From contig CAVVJT010000003.1 in assembly GCA_963748625.1 (NCBI GenBank), forward strand, positions 192,001 through 256,000: a stretch of 64,000 nucleotides of DNA. The letters are read 5' to 3'. The notes below the pieces were generated by a model. The model had not been told where the DNA came from. It did no database searches and worked only from the letters and a program-made list of their open reading frames with translations. Positions 22,389-31,894 of the stretch are shown one piece after another (the stretch's first letter is position 1; every line of letters starts with the position of its first letter). A program made the translations under genes and the position numbers. This DNA is from an uncultured Chloroflexia bacterium (GTDB lineage Bacteria > Chloroflexota > Limnocylindria > Limnocylindrales > CSP1-4).

Positions 22389-23687
22389 GTGACCTTCGAG
22401 CCCGTCGCCGAACCGCTGCCGTCGCCCGAGGAGGCCTCCCCCACCCCGGGCCTGCGTCGCAACCGGGCGTTCATGCTCCTGTGGAGCGCGGCGACGGTCT
22501 CCGTGTTCGGGTCGTTCGTGACCCGGATCGCGCTGCCGTTCGTGGCAATCCTGACCCTGTCCGCCGGCCCCGCCGAGGTGGCCGTGCTGCGCTCGCTCGA
22601 GCTTGTTGCGGCGCTGCTGGTCGGCTTCGTGGTGGGCGCCTGGGTGGACCGGCTTCGGCGCCGGCCGGTGATGATCGTGGCGGACCTGGTGCGAGCGGTG
22701 CTCCTGGGCTCCATCCCGGTCGCGGCGATGGGCGGCTGGCTCTCGCTGCCCCAGGTGTTCGTGGTCGCCGCCCTGGCAGCCGTGATGACCACCTTCTTCG
22801 ACGTCGCCGACCGGGCCTACCTGCCCACGATCGTGGACCGCTCGGAGCTGGTGCGCGCGAACGGGGCGCTCACGGCCACGTCGGCCGCGGTGGAGTTCAC
22901 GGCGTTCGGCGTGGCCGGATTCCTTGTGAACCTGCTGACCGCGCCGCTCGCGATCCTCATCGATGCGGCGTCCTTCGTGCTGTCAGCGGTGCTGCTGGGC
23001 GGCATCCGGCGGCCCGAACCTCCTCCCCCACCCGCCTCCGACCGCGAACCGGTCCTCCACGAGATCGCGGAGGGCCTCCGGCTCGTCGTCCACGACCCGA
23101 TCCTGCGGGGCTTGCTCGCGGGCGTGATGGGTCTCGCGGCGATGTGGGGCATCTTCGGCGCAACGTGGCTGCTGTTTGTCACCGACGAGCTGCACCTGGA
23201 CCCGGCGGTGATCGGCGTGATCGCGGCACTGGGTGGCCTGGGGTCGCTGGCCGGCGCCCTGCTCGCAGAGCGGGCCGTCCGCCGTTACGGCCTGGGGCGC
23301 CTCGTGATCCTGTCGCTCGTAGTGGCGGCCATCGGCAACCTCCTGATCCCGCTGGCACCGGCTGGACTTCCCATCGTCGCGGTCGCGTTCCTGCTCGGCC
23401 AGCAGATCATCGGCGACACCGCCGTCACCGTGTTCGACGTCACCGAGGTCTCCGTCCGCCAGGCCCGCGTTGGCGACCGGCAGCTGGGCCGCGTCAATGC
23501 GACGGTGCGCGTGGCGATGGTCCTTGCGCAGCTGGCCGGCACGATTGCCGGCGGCCTCGTCGCGGAGACGCTGGGCCTGCGGACGGCGGCGTTCCTGGCG
23601 CCGGTGTTCGCGCTGCTGGGCGCGGGGATCATGTGGCTGACCCCGGTGCGCGCCCTCGTGCGGCTGGACGGGGCCACCGAAGCCTGA
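22389..23687 (+). CDS. MFS transporter (DHA3/EntS-like)
   Basis: About 12 TM; GAWVDRLRRRPVMIVADLVRA motif A; TACCCT 6 nt before GTG. Confidence 0.9.
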   Translation: MTFEPVAEPLPSPEEASPTPGLRRNRAFMLLWSAATVSVFGSFVTRIALPFVAILTLSAGPAEVAVLRSLELVAALLVGFVVGAWVDRLRRRPVMIVADLVRAVLLGSIPVAAMGGWLSLPQVFVVAALAAVMTTFFDVADRAYLPTIVDRSELVRANGALTATSAAVEFTAFGVAGFLVNLLTAPLAILIDAASFVLSAVLLGGIRRPEPPPPPASDREPVLHEIAEGLRLVVHDPILRGLLAGVMGLAAMWGIFGATWLLFVTDELHLDPAVIGVIAALGGLGSLAGALLAERAVRRYGLGRLVILSLVVAAIGNLLIPLAPAGLPIVAVAFLLGQQIIGDTAVTVFDVTEVSVRQARVGDRQLGRVNATVRVAMVLAQLAGTIAGGLVAETLGLRTAAFLAPVFALLGAGIMWLTPVRALVRLDGATEA

Positions 23688-23698
23688 CCTCGCGGAGC

Positions 23699-24109
23699 TC
23701 AGAAGTCGAGGTCGGCCGGGTAGGTGATGTCGATCTCGCCGATCGTCTTGGGGAAGTCGGAGGCGTTGTTCGTGATGAAGCGGTCGGCGCCCGCCAGGAC
23801 GGCGGTCGCGAGGTGGACCGCATCGGCTGCGCGGAGGCCGTATGTCGCACCCAGCGCCGCCGCGGCGTCGGCGACGGTGGCGTCCACCGGTCGCAGGTCG
23901 AGTCGGCCCAGGAGCATGCCGAGTGACTCGAGCTCCGCGGTGATGCCGTCTCGGAGGGCTTTGCTCAGCACCTCGGGCACCAGCAGCACGGAGCCGACGC
24001 CGACCTGCATGTCAGGCGACCCCTGCGCCGCGAAGAGGCTCCGCACCGCTATGCCGAGCGGGTGGTCGGTGGCCGCGTAGATCAGGACATCGGCGTCGAA
24101 GGCGTCCAC
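23699..24109 (-). CDS. vapC: PIN-domain (VapC) toxin
   Basis: FDADVLIY, VPEV, LRAADAVHLATA, FITNN. Confidence 0.88.
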   Translation of the reverse strand: MDAFDADVLIYAATDHPLGIAVRSLFAAQGSPDMQVGVGSVLLVPEVLSKALRDGITAELESLGMLLGRLDLRPVDATVADAAAALGATYGLRAADAVHLATAVLAGADRFITNNASDFPKTIGEIDITYPADLDF

Positions 24110-24118
24110 TTCTGCGTC

Positions 24119-24412
24119 CTATCGGCGCGAGCGGCTGGCCCTGACGTACGCGAGGAGCTCCTCGGCGCGCTCTTCGCTCAGGATCCCACGGTCAGGTAGC
24201 TGTGTCCTGCGCCCGATCTCGATGGCCTCCCGGATCCGGTCGATGTCCCGCTGGAGGTTCGCCATGCGCCGCGAGCGCAAGCTGTCCGGCCGCACGATCA
24301 CCGCGACGGCTTCCCCGTGCCGCGTGAGCGTGATCTCCTCGCCCGCCTGCACCCGCTCGATGATCTCGGGCAGGACGGCGCGCGCCCTGCTTACCGTCAT
24401 GCTGTCTGCCAT
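24119..24412 (-). CDS. Phd/YefM family antitoxin
   Basis: MTVSRARAVLPEIIERVQAGEEITLTRHGEAVAVIV; directly upstream of PIN toxin. Confidence 0.88.
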   Translation of the reverse strand: MADSMTVSRARAVLPEIIERVQAGEEITLTRHGEAVAVIVRPDSLRSRRMANLQRDIDRIREAIEIGRRTQLPDRGILSEERAEELLAYVRASRSRR

Positions 24413-24420
24413 GGTCGAAC

Positions 24421-24446
24421 TGTACTTCGTTGTACAACGTTGTGCA
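24421..24446. promoter_or_regulatory. Probable TA operator
   Basis: Perfect palindrome CGTTGTACAACG (24428-24439) within TGTAC/TGTAC/TGTGC repeats at 10-bp spacing just upstream of the antitoxin ATG. Confidence 0.65.
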
Positions 24447-24567
24447 ATAGCGACACGTAGCGACCGAGGTACTCAGAGGCCTCGGTCGCACCGCAGCGGT
24501 GATACGTGCGAGCGGTGGTGGTCGCGGGCCGGTCGATCGTGCACATGCGGTAGCCCGCCCGGCATCC

Positions 24568-25827
24568 CTACTCGAACAGCGCGGCGACGAAGCCCTCGGG
24601 GTCGAACGGGAGCAGGTCGTCCACCTTCTCCCCGACGCCGACGAAACGGACCGGGACGCCCAGCTCTTTCTCGATCGCGAACACGATGCCGCCCTTGGCG
24701 GTCGAGTCGAGCTTGGTCAGGACCACGCCCGTCAGACCGACCGACTCGTTGAACGCCTTCGCCTGGACGAGGCCGTTCTGGCCGGTGGTGGCGTCAAGGA
24801 CGAAGAAGGTCTCGACCTTCGCGCCCGGGATGCGCTTGTCGATGACGCGGCGCACCTTGGACAGCTCGTCCATGAGATTCGACTTGGTATGGAGACGGCC
24901 GGCGGTGTCGGCGATGACGATGTCGGCGCGGCGCGCGATGGCGGCGTCGAGCGCGTCGTAGACGACGGCGGCCGGGTCGGCGTTGGCCTTGTGGGCGACG
25001 ATCTCAGCCCCGGTCCGCTCCGCCCAGATCCCCAGCTGCTCGATGGCGGCAGCGCGGAAGGTGTCGGCGGCGGCGAGGAGGACCCGGCGGCCCATGGCGC
25101 GCTCGCGGGCGGCCAACTTGCCGATGGTTGTGGTCTTGCCGGTGCCGTTGACGCCGACCACGAGGACGATGGCGGGCATGCCCTCGGCCGACGGGGTTGG
25201 CTCCCAGTGCTGGGCGTCGCGCTTGGCGAGGAGCCCGGCAAGCTCGGAGCGGACCGCCTCCTCGGGGGTGACGTCCTTGCGCTTGCGGGCACGCTCGACG
25301 AGGTCGATCGAGAGCGAGGCGCCCACGTCGCCCGTGATCAGGGTCTCCTCGATCTCGTCCCAGTCCGCCTGGTCGCCGCTGCGGAAGGCAGACAGGAGGC
25401 GCGCGCCGAAGCCGGTGCGGGACTTCTCAAGACCGGCCTCGAGCTGCTCGCGCTCCCGCTCTTGGCGGGCGGCGTCGGCCTTCTCCGGGCTGTAGTCGGC
25501 GCCCCAGGCCCACTGGACCTGCGGCTCCGGGGCAGGCTCGGGTGCCGGCTCCGGGGCAGGCTCGGGTGCCGGCTCCGGGGCGGGCTCGGGCGCCGGCTCG
25601 GCCGGAACGTGGACCGGCTCCACGATGCCCGACCCGCCAGTGACCGGGTGGAGCGCGGGAGCCGCGTCGAGGGGCACCTCGGCCGTCACCGCCGCATCGG
25701 GGGAGCCCTGCTGCCACTCGTCCCCGATAAGGTCGTCGCCAGTCGTGTCAGCCTCAGCCGTCCCGTCGGTCCCTTGCGGCTGGGGCGGTCGGTCGTTCGG
25801 CTCTCCGCCGCGTCGGAAGAAGCGCAT
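24568..25827 (-). CDS. ftsY: SRP receptor FtsY with acidic Pro-rich A region
   Basis: [37 protein letters not shown]. Confidence 0.97.
   Translation of the reverse strand: MRFFRRGGEPNDRPPQPQGTDGTAEADTTGDDLIGDEWQQGSPDAAVTAEVPLDAAPALHPVTGGSGIVEPVHVPAEPAPEPAPEPAPEPAPEPAPEPAPEPQVQWAWGADYSPEKADAARQEREREQLEAGLEKSRTGFGARLLSAFRSGDQADWDEIEETLITGDVGASLSIDLVERARKRKDVTPEEAVRSELAGLLAKRDAQHWEPTPSAEGMPAIVLVVGVNGTGKTTTIGKLAARERAMGRRVLLAAADTFRAAAIEQLGIWAERTGAEIVAHKANADPAAVVYDALDAAIARRADIVIADTAGRLHTKSNLMDELSKVRRVIDKRIPGAKVETFFVLDATTGQNGLVQAKAFNESVGLTGVVLTKLDSTAKGGIVFAIEKELGVPVRFVGVGEKVDDLLPFDPEGFVAALFE
25522..25600. repeat. 12/24-bp in-frame repeat (PEPA)n in ftsY
   Basis: About 6.5 PEPA units. Confidence 0.9.
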
Positions 25828-26162
25828 CAGCGGTGCTCCTCCTCCCCGTGGTGCGTGACCTCGGGCATCGGCAGGATGGGGGCGGGATCGACCTCACCAG
25901 TGCCACCAAGCAGCGCCCCCGGTGCTTCAGCGAGGTCCCACTCGAGCTCGTTGGGCTCGGCGACGCCAGCGTCGGGCGTGCCCTGCTTCCACTCGTCGCC
26001 GATGAGATCCGGCTCGAGGCCTCCTTCCGGGTAGAGGGAGCGGACCATGCCCGCGGGGACGTCGGCGTTGTCCGTGTCTGGTTCGGCAGACTCGACGATG
26101 GCCTCAGCCTCCGGGTCAAGCTCGAGCTGCTCGTCCTTGCGGTCGTGATGGAACAGGTGCAT
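25827..26162 (-). CDS. Small acidic hypothetical protein resembling the FtsY N-terminus
   Basis: 111 aa; TGATG overlaps with smc and ftsY; DLIGDEWKQGTPDAGV motif shared with FtsY. Confidence 0.75.
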   Translation of the reverse strand: MHLFHHDRKDEQLELDPEAEAIVESAEPDTDNADVPAGMVRSLYPEGGLEPDLIGDEWKQGTPDAGVAEPNELEWDLAEAPGALLGGTGEVDPAPILPMPEVTHHGEEEHR

Positions 26163-29100
26163 CAGCGCTTCTTGCCCTCCGGGCGCCGTCCACCCTCGCC
26201 CGCGAGGACCGCGAGGACCTCGGTGCGCTTGTGGTCGGCAATGGCCTGCGCCTCGTCCAGGCGGAGGCTGATGACGCGGCTGACCGAGTCGTCGCCAACG
26301 GTGACCCCATAGAGGGCGTCGGCCGACTCCACGGTGCCGCGGTTGTGGGTGATCACGATGAACTGGGTGGTGGCGGTGAGCTCGCGCAGGGCGTCGGTGA
26401 ACCGCCCGATGTTGGCCTCGTCCAGGGCTGCATCGACCTCGTCGAGCACGCAGAAGGGCGCAGGGCGCACCTCGAGCATGGCGAACAGCAGCGCGACCGC
26501 GGTGAGGGTCCGCTCGCCACCCGAGAGCATGTTGAGCGCCTGCGGCTTCTTGCCGGGCGGCCTGGCCGTGATCTCGATGCCGGTGGCCGAGAGGTCCGCC
26601 GGGTCGGTCAGGGTCAGCTTCGCGAAGCCGCCCCCGAACAGCTGCCCGAACCGCTTGTCGAAGGCGACCTCGAGCCGGGCGAAGGTGGTGCGGAACTGGG
26701 TCGCGATCAGGGTGTCGAGGTCGGCGATCAGCGCACGTGTCTTGACGATCGCTTCGCGGAGGTCCTTGTCCTGGCCGGCGAGTGTCTCAAGGCGCTCGCG
26801 AACCGCACGGTACTCGTCGACCGCGAACGGGTTGGCTGCGCCGAGCTCGTGGAAGCGGCGACGCAGCGTTGCGAGGCGGCCGGCGGACGGCGGCTCGCTC
26901 ACCGGAGCCTCGTTGGTCCAGCGCGGGGCGAGCAGATCGAGCGCGCGCTCGAAGGCGGCCGTCTCGGAGCCCTCGCCCGGGCCGTCCTCGGCGCCCGAGT
27001 CCGCGGCGGCGTCCTCGTGTGCGCCGGCGGCCGCGTCCTCCTCTCCCCCGGTGTCCACGGACGACGCCTCATCGACCCCGCTCTCGTCGTCGCCTGCCAC
27101 GAGATCCGTGACGGACACCCCGGCGGCCTCTGCCAGGTGCCGCAGCCCGACCTCGCCAAGCCCGGCGAGCTCCACGAGCAGCTGCTCTCGAAGCGCGTCG
27201 AGCGCCATGCGGGCCTCGAGCACTGCCACATCGGCGGCCCGCACGCGGTCGTCGGCGGCCCGGAGACGCTCGCGCGCCGATGTGGCCGCACGCTCGGCCT
27301 CGGCCAGCCGTGTCCGCTCCACGCGGTCGGCGGCGAGGAGTGCCTCGAGCGTCTCCCGGGCACGCTGCTCGCGCGATGCGGCAGCCGCGAGCTCGTCCGC
27401 GACCGTGTCCCGCTCGTCGGCGGCTGCCTTCTCACGGTCGGCGAGGAGCGCCAGGTCCCTTTCGGTCGACGCGATCCGGGCCTCGGCCATGGTGACGGCG
27501 GCCTCCGCCCGCGCTCGTCGCCCTTCGGCGTCGCGCCGCGCACGCTCGTGGGCTGCGACGTCGTTGGCCAGGCGGTCCCGTCGCGAGCGCAGCTCCGAGG
27601 TGCGGACCTCCCAGGCGCGGATCGCCTCCTGCTCCGCGGCCCCGGCGTCCCCCGCAGGCACGTCCGCTGCCGGGCGCTCCTCGTGCGCCGCAAGCGCCTC
27701 CGACGCCCGGACGGCCTCGGCGGCCAGCCGTTCGGCCTGCGCCTGGTGCCACGCCGCCTCGCGCGCAGCCGCTTCCAGCTCGCGTCCCGCGGACCGCTCG
27801 ATGTCCTCTGCGCGCCGCCGGCGCGCCGCCGCGCCGGACTCCACGGCCCGGGCCTGCTCGAGGGCCGCCCGTGCCTCCGCCGCAGCCCTCGACGTCGTCA
27901 TCGTCTCGGCCTCGGCAGCGTCGGCCTCGGCCTGGAGCCCCTCGACCTCGCGGGCAAGCCTGTCGGCCTCCGCCCGTCGCTCCAGCGGCGAGTCGCCCCG
28001 CCCGATCCGGACTGTGAGCGGATCCAGGACCGCGCTCCCATCCCGGGTGACGCAGAGCCAGCCCAGCGGCAGCACCTGCTGGACCTCGAGCGCCGAGGCC
28101 AGGTCCGGCGCCCAGGCCACGCGCGTCAGCAGGGCACGGACCGCGCCGTTGGGATCGCGTCGGACAGCGTCCGCCAGGCGGCCGCCAGCGGCAGCCACGA
28201 GGGCGTCGTCCAGCCGGCGCAGGTCACCGGCCGTTCCGCCGCCCGGCAGCCTCTCCGCGGCGGCGAGGCGCTCGCGGACGACCAGGTGGCCGCGTTCGGC
28301 GGCCAGCGAGGCCGCCCCGCCGCGCTCCACGACGTACGCCCGCACCAACTCGCCGAGCGCGGCCTCCACGGCAGCCCGCAGGGTGGGCTCCACGCCGAGG
28401 TCCTCGTCCACCCGCTTGCCGCCAAGCTTGCGGGCCGCGCGGGCGATCCCGCGCTCCTCCTCCTCGGCGAGACGCTTCTGGAGCTGCTCCAGGCGACCGC
28501 GCGCGGACGCCAGCGCAGACCCAGCCCGCGCCGCGCGTTCCGCGACGGCGCGCCGGGTGCCCTCGCTGGCATCGGTGCGACCCCGGGCCTCCTCGCGGGC
28601 GACCACGGCGGCGACCTCCTCCTCGGCAGCGGCGGCCATGGCTGTGCGGGCATCGGCGAGAGTCCGTTCAAGGCGGGCGCGGCGATCGTCGGCCTGGGCG
28701 GCCTTCACACGCTCATCGTTGGCGCGGCGCTCGGATTCGGCATGGCGCCGGCGGGCGGTCTCGGCCTCCGCGGCACGGGCCGCCTCAGCGCGGCGGAGTG
28801 CGGCGAGCTCGTCACCGCGGGCGCGGCTGGCAGCACGCAACGACCCAAGCTCTGCGAGCGCCTCGGCGAGCGCGCGGTCGGCTTCGCCCAGCGTGGCCTC
28901 CAGTTCGAGGTCGCGCTCCGGGACGGCCTCGGCGAGGATCCGCCGCTGGGCGGCGACGTCGGCCTCTGCGGTGGCCCGCTCAGCGCCAATCCGCTGGCGA
29001 TCCCGGACGGCCGCCTGGATCTCGCCCGAGGCACGCGCCTCACGCAGGCCCAGGCCCGTGAGCTCCGCTCGGGTGGTCTCGTGGACGGCCCGATGCTCGC

Positions 29101-29959
29101 GCTCCGCCTCCGCCCGGGCGGCCATGGAGGCGGCGATGTCAGCCACGGTTGACTCGGCGGCCTCGAGGGCCTCGAGAGCGCTGTCGGTCTCGGTGCGCAG
29201 CCGGTCGCGCCTGCCGTCGGCCTCGCCGGAGCGGCTCGCGGCCCCATGCCAGCGCCCGTGGGCGGCGGCGATCAGTGCGGCGGCCAGCTCCTCGCCGGCG
29301 GTGCGGCGGGTGGCCTGCTGTTCGGCGAGCTGTCCGAGCCGTCGCGCCTGTGGTCGGAGCTCGGCAAGGATGTCCTCCACGCGCGCCAGGTTGCCCTCCG
29401 CCTCGGTGAGCTGCTCCTCGGCCTTGCGGCGGCGGCGCTCGTGGCGGCGGACACCCGCGACCTCCTCGAACAGCGGCCGGCGCTCCTCGGGCCGGAGCGC
29501 GAGCGCCTGGTCCACCATGCCCTGGCCGATGAAGAGGAACGCGTTCTCGGCGAGGTTGGCCGAGTCCAGCAGGTCCTGGAGGTCGCGCAGGCGGACGCGC
29601 TGCTTGTTGAGGAGGTAGTCGTTCTCGCCCGACCGGTACAGGCGGCGGCCCAGCTCAACGACGCTGTATTCCACCGGCAGGAGGCCGTCCGCGTTGTCGA
29701 TGACGAGCGTGACATCCGCCATGCCCTGGGCGGAGCGCTTGTCCGAGCCTGCCCAGATGACGTCCTCGGACTTGCGGATGCGCAGGCTGCGGCCCTGCTC
29801 GCCCAGCGCCCAGCGCAGCGCGTCGGCCAGGTTGGATTTGCCCGACCCGTTGGGGCCGACGATCGCACTGACGCCCGGCCCGAACTCGACCAGCGTGCGC
29901 TCGGCAAAGGACTTGAACCCCTGGACCCGCAGGCCCAGGAGGCGGGCCGGGGTGCTCAC
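26162..29959 (-). CDS. smc: Chromosome segregation protein SMC
   Basis: GFKSF, GPNGSGKSN, IGQG, long coiled coils, LSGGE, LDEVDAALD, ITHN. Confidence 0.95.
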   Translation of the reverse strand: MSTPARLLGLRVQGFKSFAERTLVEFGPGVSAIVGPNGSGKSNLADALRWALGEQGRSLRIRKSEDVIWAGSDKRSAQGMADVTLVIDNADGLLPVEYSVVELGRRLYRSGENDYLLNKQRVRLRDLQDLLDSANLAENAFLFIGQGMVDQALALRPEERRPLFEEVAGVRRHERRRRKAEEQLTEAEGNLARVEDILAELRPQARRLGQLAEQQATRRTAGEELAAALIAAAHGRWHGAASRSGEADGRRDRLRTETDSALEALEAAESTVADIAASMAARAEAEREHRAVHETTRAELTGLGLREARASGEIQAAVRDRQRIGAERATAEADVAAQRRILAEAVPERDLELEATLGEADRALAEALAELGSLRAASRARGDELAALRRAEAARAAEAETARRRHAESERRANDERVKAAQADDRRARLERTLADARTAMAAAAEEEVAAVVAREEARGRTDASEGTRRAVAERAARAGSALASARGRLEQLQKRLAEEEERGIARAARKLGGKRVDEDLGVEPTLRAAVEAALGELVRAYVVERGGAASLAAERGHLVVRERLAAAERLPGGGTAGDLRRLDDALVAAAGGRLADAVRRDPNGAVRALLTRVAWAPDLASALEVQQVLPLGWLCVTRDGSAVLDPLTVRIGRGDSPLERRAEADRLAREVEGLQAEADAAEAETMTTSRAAAEARAALEQARAVESGAAARRRRAEDIERSAGRELEAAAREAAWHQAQAERLAAEAVRASEALAAHEERPAADVPAGDAGAAEQEAIRAWEVRTSELRSRRDRLANDVAAHERARRDAEGRRARAEAAVTMAEARIASTERDLALLADREKAAADERDTVADELAAAASREQRARETLEALLAADRVERTRLAEAERAATSARERLRAADDRVRAADVAVLEARMALDALREQLLVELAGLGEVGLRHLAEAAGVSVTDLVAGDDESGVDEASSVDTGGEEDAAAGAHEDAAADSGAEDGPGEGSETAAFERALDLLAPRWTNEAPVSEPPSAGRLATLRRRFHELGAANPFAVDEYRAVRERLETLAGQDKDLREAIVKTRALIADLDTLIATQFRTTFARLEVAFDKRFGQLFGGGFAKLTLTDPADLSATGIEITARPPGKKPQALNMLSGGERTLTAVALLFAMLEVRPAPFCVLDEVDAALDEANIGRFTDALRELTATTQFIVITHNRGTVESADALYGVTVGDDSVSRVISLRLDEAQAIADHKRTEVLAVLAGEGGRRPEGKKR

Positions 29960-30852
29960 GACCCGGCAGCGTCGGGGGCGGGATCGGGATCCGGGCCGGG
30001 CGCAGGGTCGACACCGGAGCCGGGCGCAGGATCGACGCCGGGGCCGGGCTCGGGAGCGACACCAGGAGCGGGATCGGGGTCCGTGTGGGTGTCAGGGGCA
30101 GCATCAGCACCGGCAGCGGCACCTGCCGCCGCCACGACGCGCGAGCGGGGGGACCGTTGGCGCTCCTCGCGGATCACGTCGAGCGCCTCAGCGGCGGCAG
30201 ATGTCTCGGCGATGCGGCGTGACGGACCATCGCCCGTCCCAAGCACGCGCCCGTCCACCACCACCTCGATGCGGAACTGCTTCTCGTGGTCGGGTCCGAC
30301 CGCCTCGACCAGGCGGTAGACCGGGCGGTCCCCGGTGGTGCGCTGCGTGTGCTCCTGGAGCCGGCTCTTCGGGCTCTTGAGCGAGGTCATGGCCTGGTCG
30401 GCGGAGATCTCCGGCTCGGCCCACTGGTGGATCCAGTCGCGGGCCGTGTCCCAGCCGAGGTCCAGGTAGATCGCACCCACGAGCGCCTCGAAGGCGGACG
30501 CGAGGAGCGAAGGCCGCACGCGGCCGCCCCGCTGGGCCTCGCCCTCGCCGAGGAACAGGAAGTCGCCGAGGCCCAGGCGCGCCGCAAGGCGCGCGAGTCC
30601 TGGGGTGCTCACGATCGCCGCACGGCGAGCGGAGAGCACCCCTTCGTCATCGTTGGGGTGCCGTCGATAGAGTGCCTCGGAGACGGCGAGATTCACCACC
30701 GCGTCCCCGAGGAACTCAAGACGTTCGTTGTGGCCACGAGCAGCGTCTGGGTGCTCGTGGAGCCAGCTGCTGTGGACCAGCGCCTGCTCAAGCAGGTCGC
30801 GGTCGCGGATCGGAAGTCCGAGGCGCTCCGTCAGCGCGTCGGCCGGGTGCAT
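29956..30852 (-). CDS. rnc: Ribonuclease III with Pro/Asp repeat tail
   Basis: HNERLEFLGDAV, FEALVGAIYLD, dsRBD PKSRLQE..GPDHEKQF. Confidence 0.96.
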   Translation of the reverse strand: MHPADALTERLGLPIRDRDLLEQALVHSSWLHEHPDAARGHNERLEFLGDAVVNLAVSEALYRRHPNDDEGVLSARRAAIVSTPGLARLAARLGLGDFLFLGEGEAQRGGRVRPSLLASAFEALVGAIYLDLGWDTARDWIHQWAEPEISADQAMTSLKSPKSRLQEHTQRTTGDRPVYRLVEAVGPDHEKQFRIEVVVDGRVLGTGDGPSRRIAETSAAAEALDVIREERQRSPRSRVVAAAGAAAGADAAPDTHTDPDPAPGVAPEPGPGVDPAPGSGVDPAPGPDPDPAPDAAGS

Positions 30853-30871
30853 GACGCCCCGGGCAGCCCGA

Positions 30872-31108
30872 CTAGGAGTTGTGCTCTTCGATGAAGTCGA
30901 CGGCGTCCTGGACGGTCCGGATCTTCTCGGCATCCTCGTCGGCGATCTCGGTCCCGAACTCCTCTTCGAGGCTCATGATGAGCTCGACCAGGTCCAGGGA
31001 GTCGGCATTGAGGTCGTCAACGAACGACGCCTCGGGAGTCACTTCGGACTCGTCGACCCCGAGCTGCTCGATGACGATCTTCTTGAGCCGATCGTAGGTG
31101 CTGGCCAC
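30872..31108 (-). CDS. acpP: Acyl carrier protein
   Basis: [21 protein letters not shown]; SD GAGGAG before GTG. Confidence 0.96.
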   Translation of the reverse strand: MASTYDRLKKIVIEQLGVDESEVTPEASFVDDLNADSLDLVELIMSLEEEFGTEIADEDAEKIRTVQDAVDFIEEHNS

Positions 31109-31118
31109 TGACTCCTCC

Positions 31119-31604
31119 TCAAATCGGGGTGTCCCGACGGGTCGCGTCTTGCTCCCGGACAACGCGTCCGAGCACGCCATTCAAAAGCCGCCGCATCGGT
31201 TCCCCCGAGTAGGTGCGAGCGAGCTCAACCCACTCGGCGATGGCCACCCGGGCCGGCGTCGCGGGCGAGTGTAGCACTTCACCGAGGGCGCAACGCAGCA
31301 GTGCACGGTCCATCCGGGCCAGCGAGACGACCGGGTATTGGGGCGCCGCGGCCGTGATCTGCGCGTCGAGCGTGTCCCGGTTGGCGCTCACGATCACCAC
31401 AAGTCGGCGAGCGTAGGTAGCCGTGTCGGCATCGCCCTCATCGGCCAGGTGACGCTCCAGGACCGCGTCCGCCGTCCGCTGGCCGAAGTCTGCCTCGAAC
31501 ACGGCGGCAAGCGCCAGCCGGCGGGCGGCACGGCGGCTCCGGGCCCGGTCCTCTCCTGCGCGATCGCGGCGAGGACGCGGGGCGTCAGCCTCCGACACCG
31601 TCAA
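31119..31604 (-). CDS. nusB: Transcription antitermination factor NusB
   Basis: [39 protein letters not shown]. Confidence 0.9.
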   Translation of the reverse strand: MTVSEADAPRPRRDRAGEDRARSRRAARRLALAAVFEADFGQRTADAVLERHLADEGDADTATYARRLVVIVSANRDTLDAQITAAAPQYPVVSLARMDRALLRCALGEVLHSPATPARVAIAEWVELARTYSGEPMRRLLNGVLGRVVREQDATRRDTPI

Positions 31605-31893
31605 CCATGACGGTCACGGCGCCCACCTCGAGGCCCAGCAGCCGCTCGATGGCGCTCACGATGGCGGCGCGGACCTGGGCGGAGAGGGGCACGAGGCGCT
31701 GGCGCGGGCGCGCGACCAGCCAGATCGTGACGTAGACGCGGTCTTCGCGCACGCGGACGCGCACGGGCGAGCCGCCAATGACACCGCGCCAGCGTGGACC
31801 GCCGCGGCCCACCTTGAGCACGCCCGGGATCTCCAGGACGGCGAGCCGGACGGTCTCACGGATGACGCCGGGCCCGACGGTGAGGACGGCCAT
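31585..31893 (-). CDS. Asp23/Gls24 family protein (YqhY-like)
   Basis: VIRETVRLAVLEIPGV...[24 protein letters not shown]; upstream of nusB. Confidence 0.75.
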   Translation of the reverse strand: MAVLTVGPGVIRETVRLAVLEIPGVLKVGRGGPRWRGVIGGSPVRVRVREDRVYVTIWLVARPRQRLVPLSAQVRAAIVSAIERLLGLEVGAVTVMVDGVGG

Positions 31894-31894
31894 G

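Noticed and set aside
26231-29618. Very long plus-strand ORFs (973 and 1094 aa), and similar ones opposite priA, recG, ileS and ispG
   Set aside because: Antisense shadows of real high-GC genes; Arg/Ser/Ala-rich with no motifs
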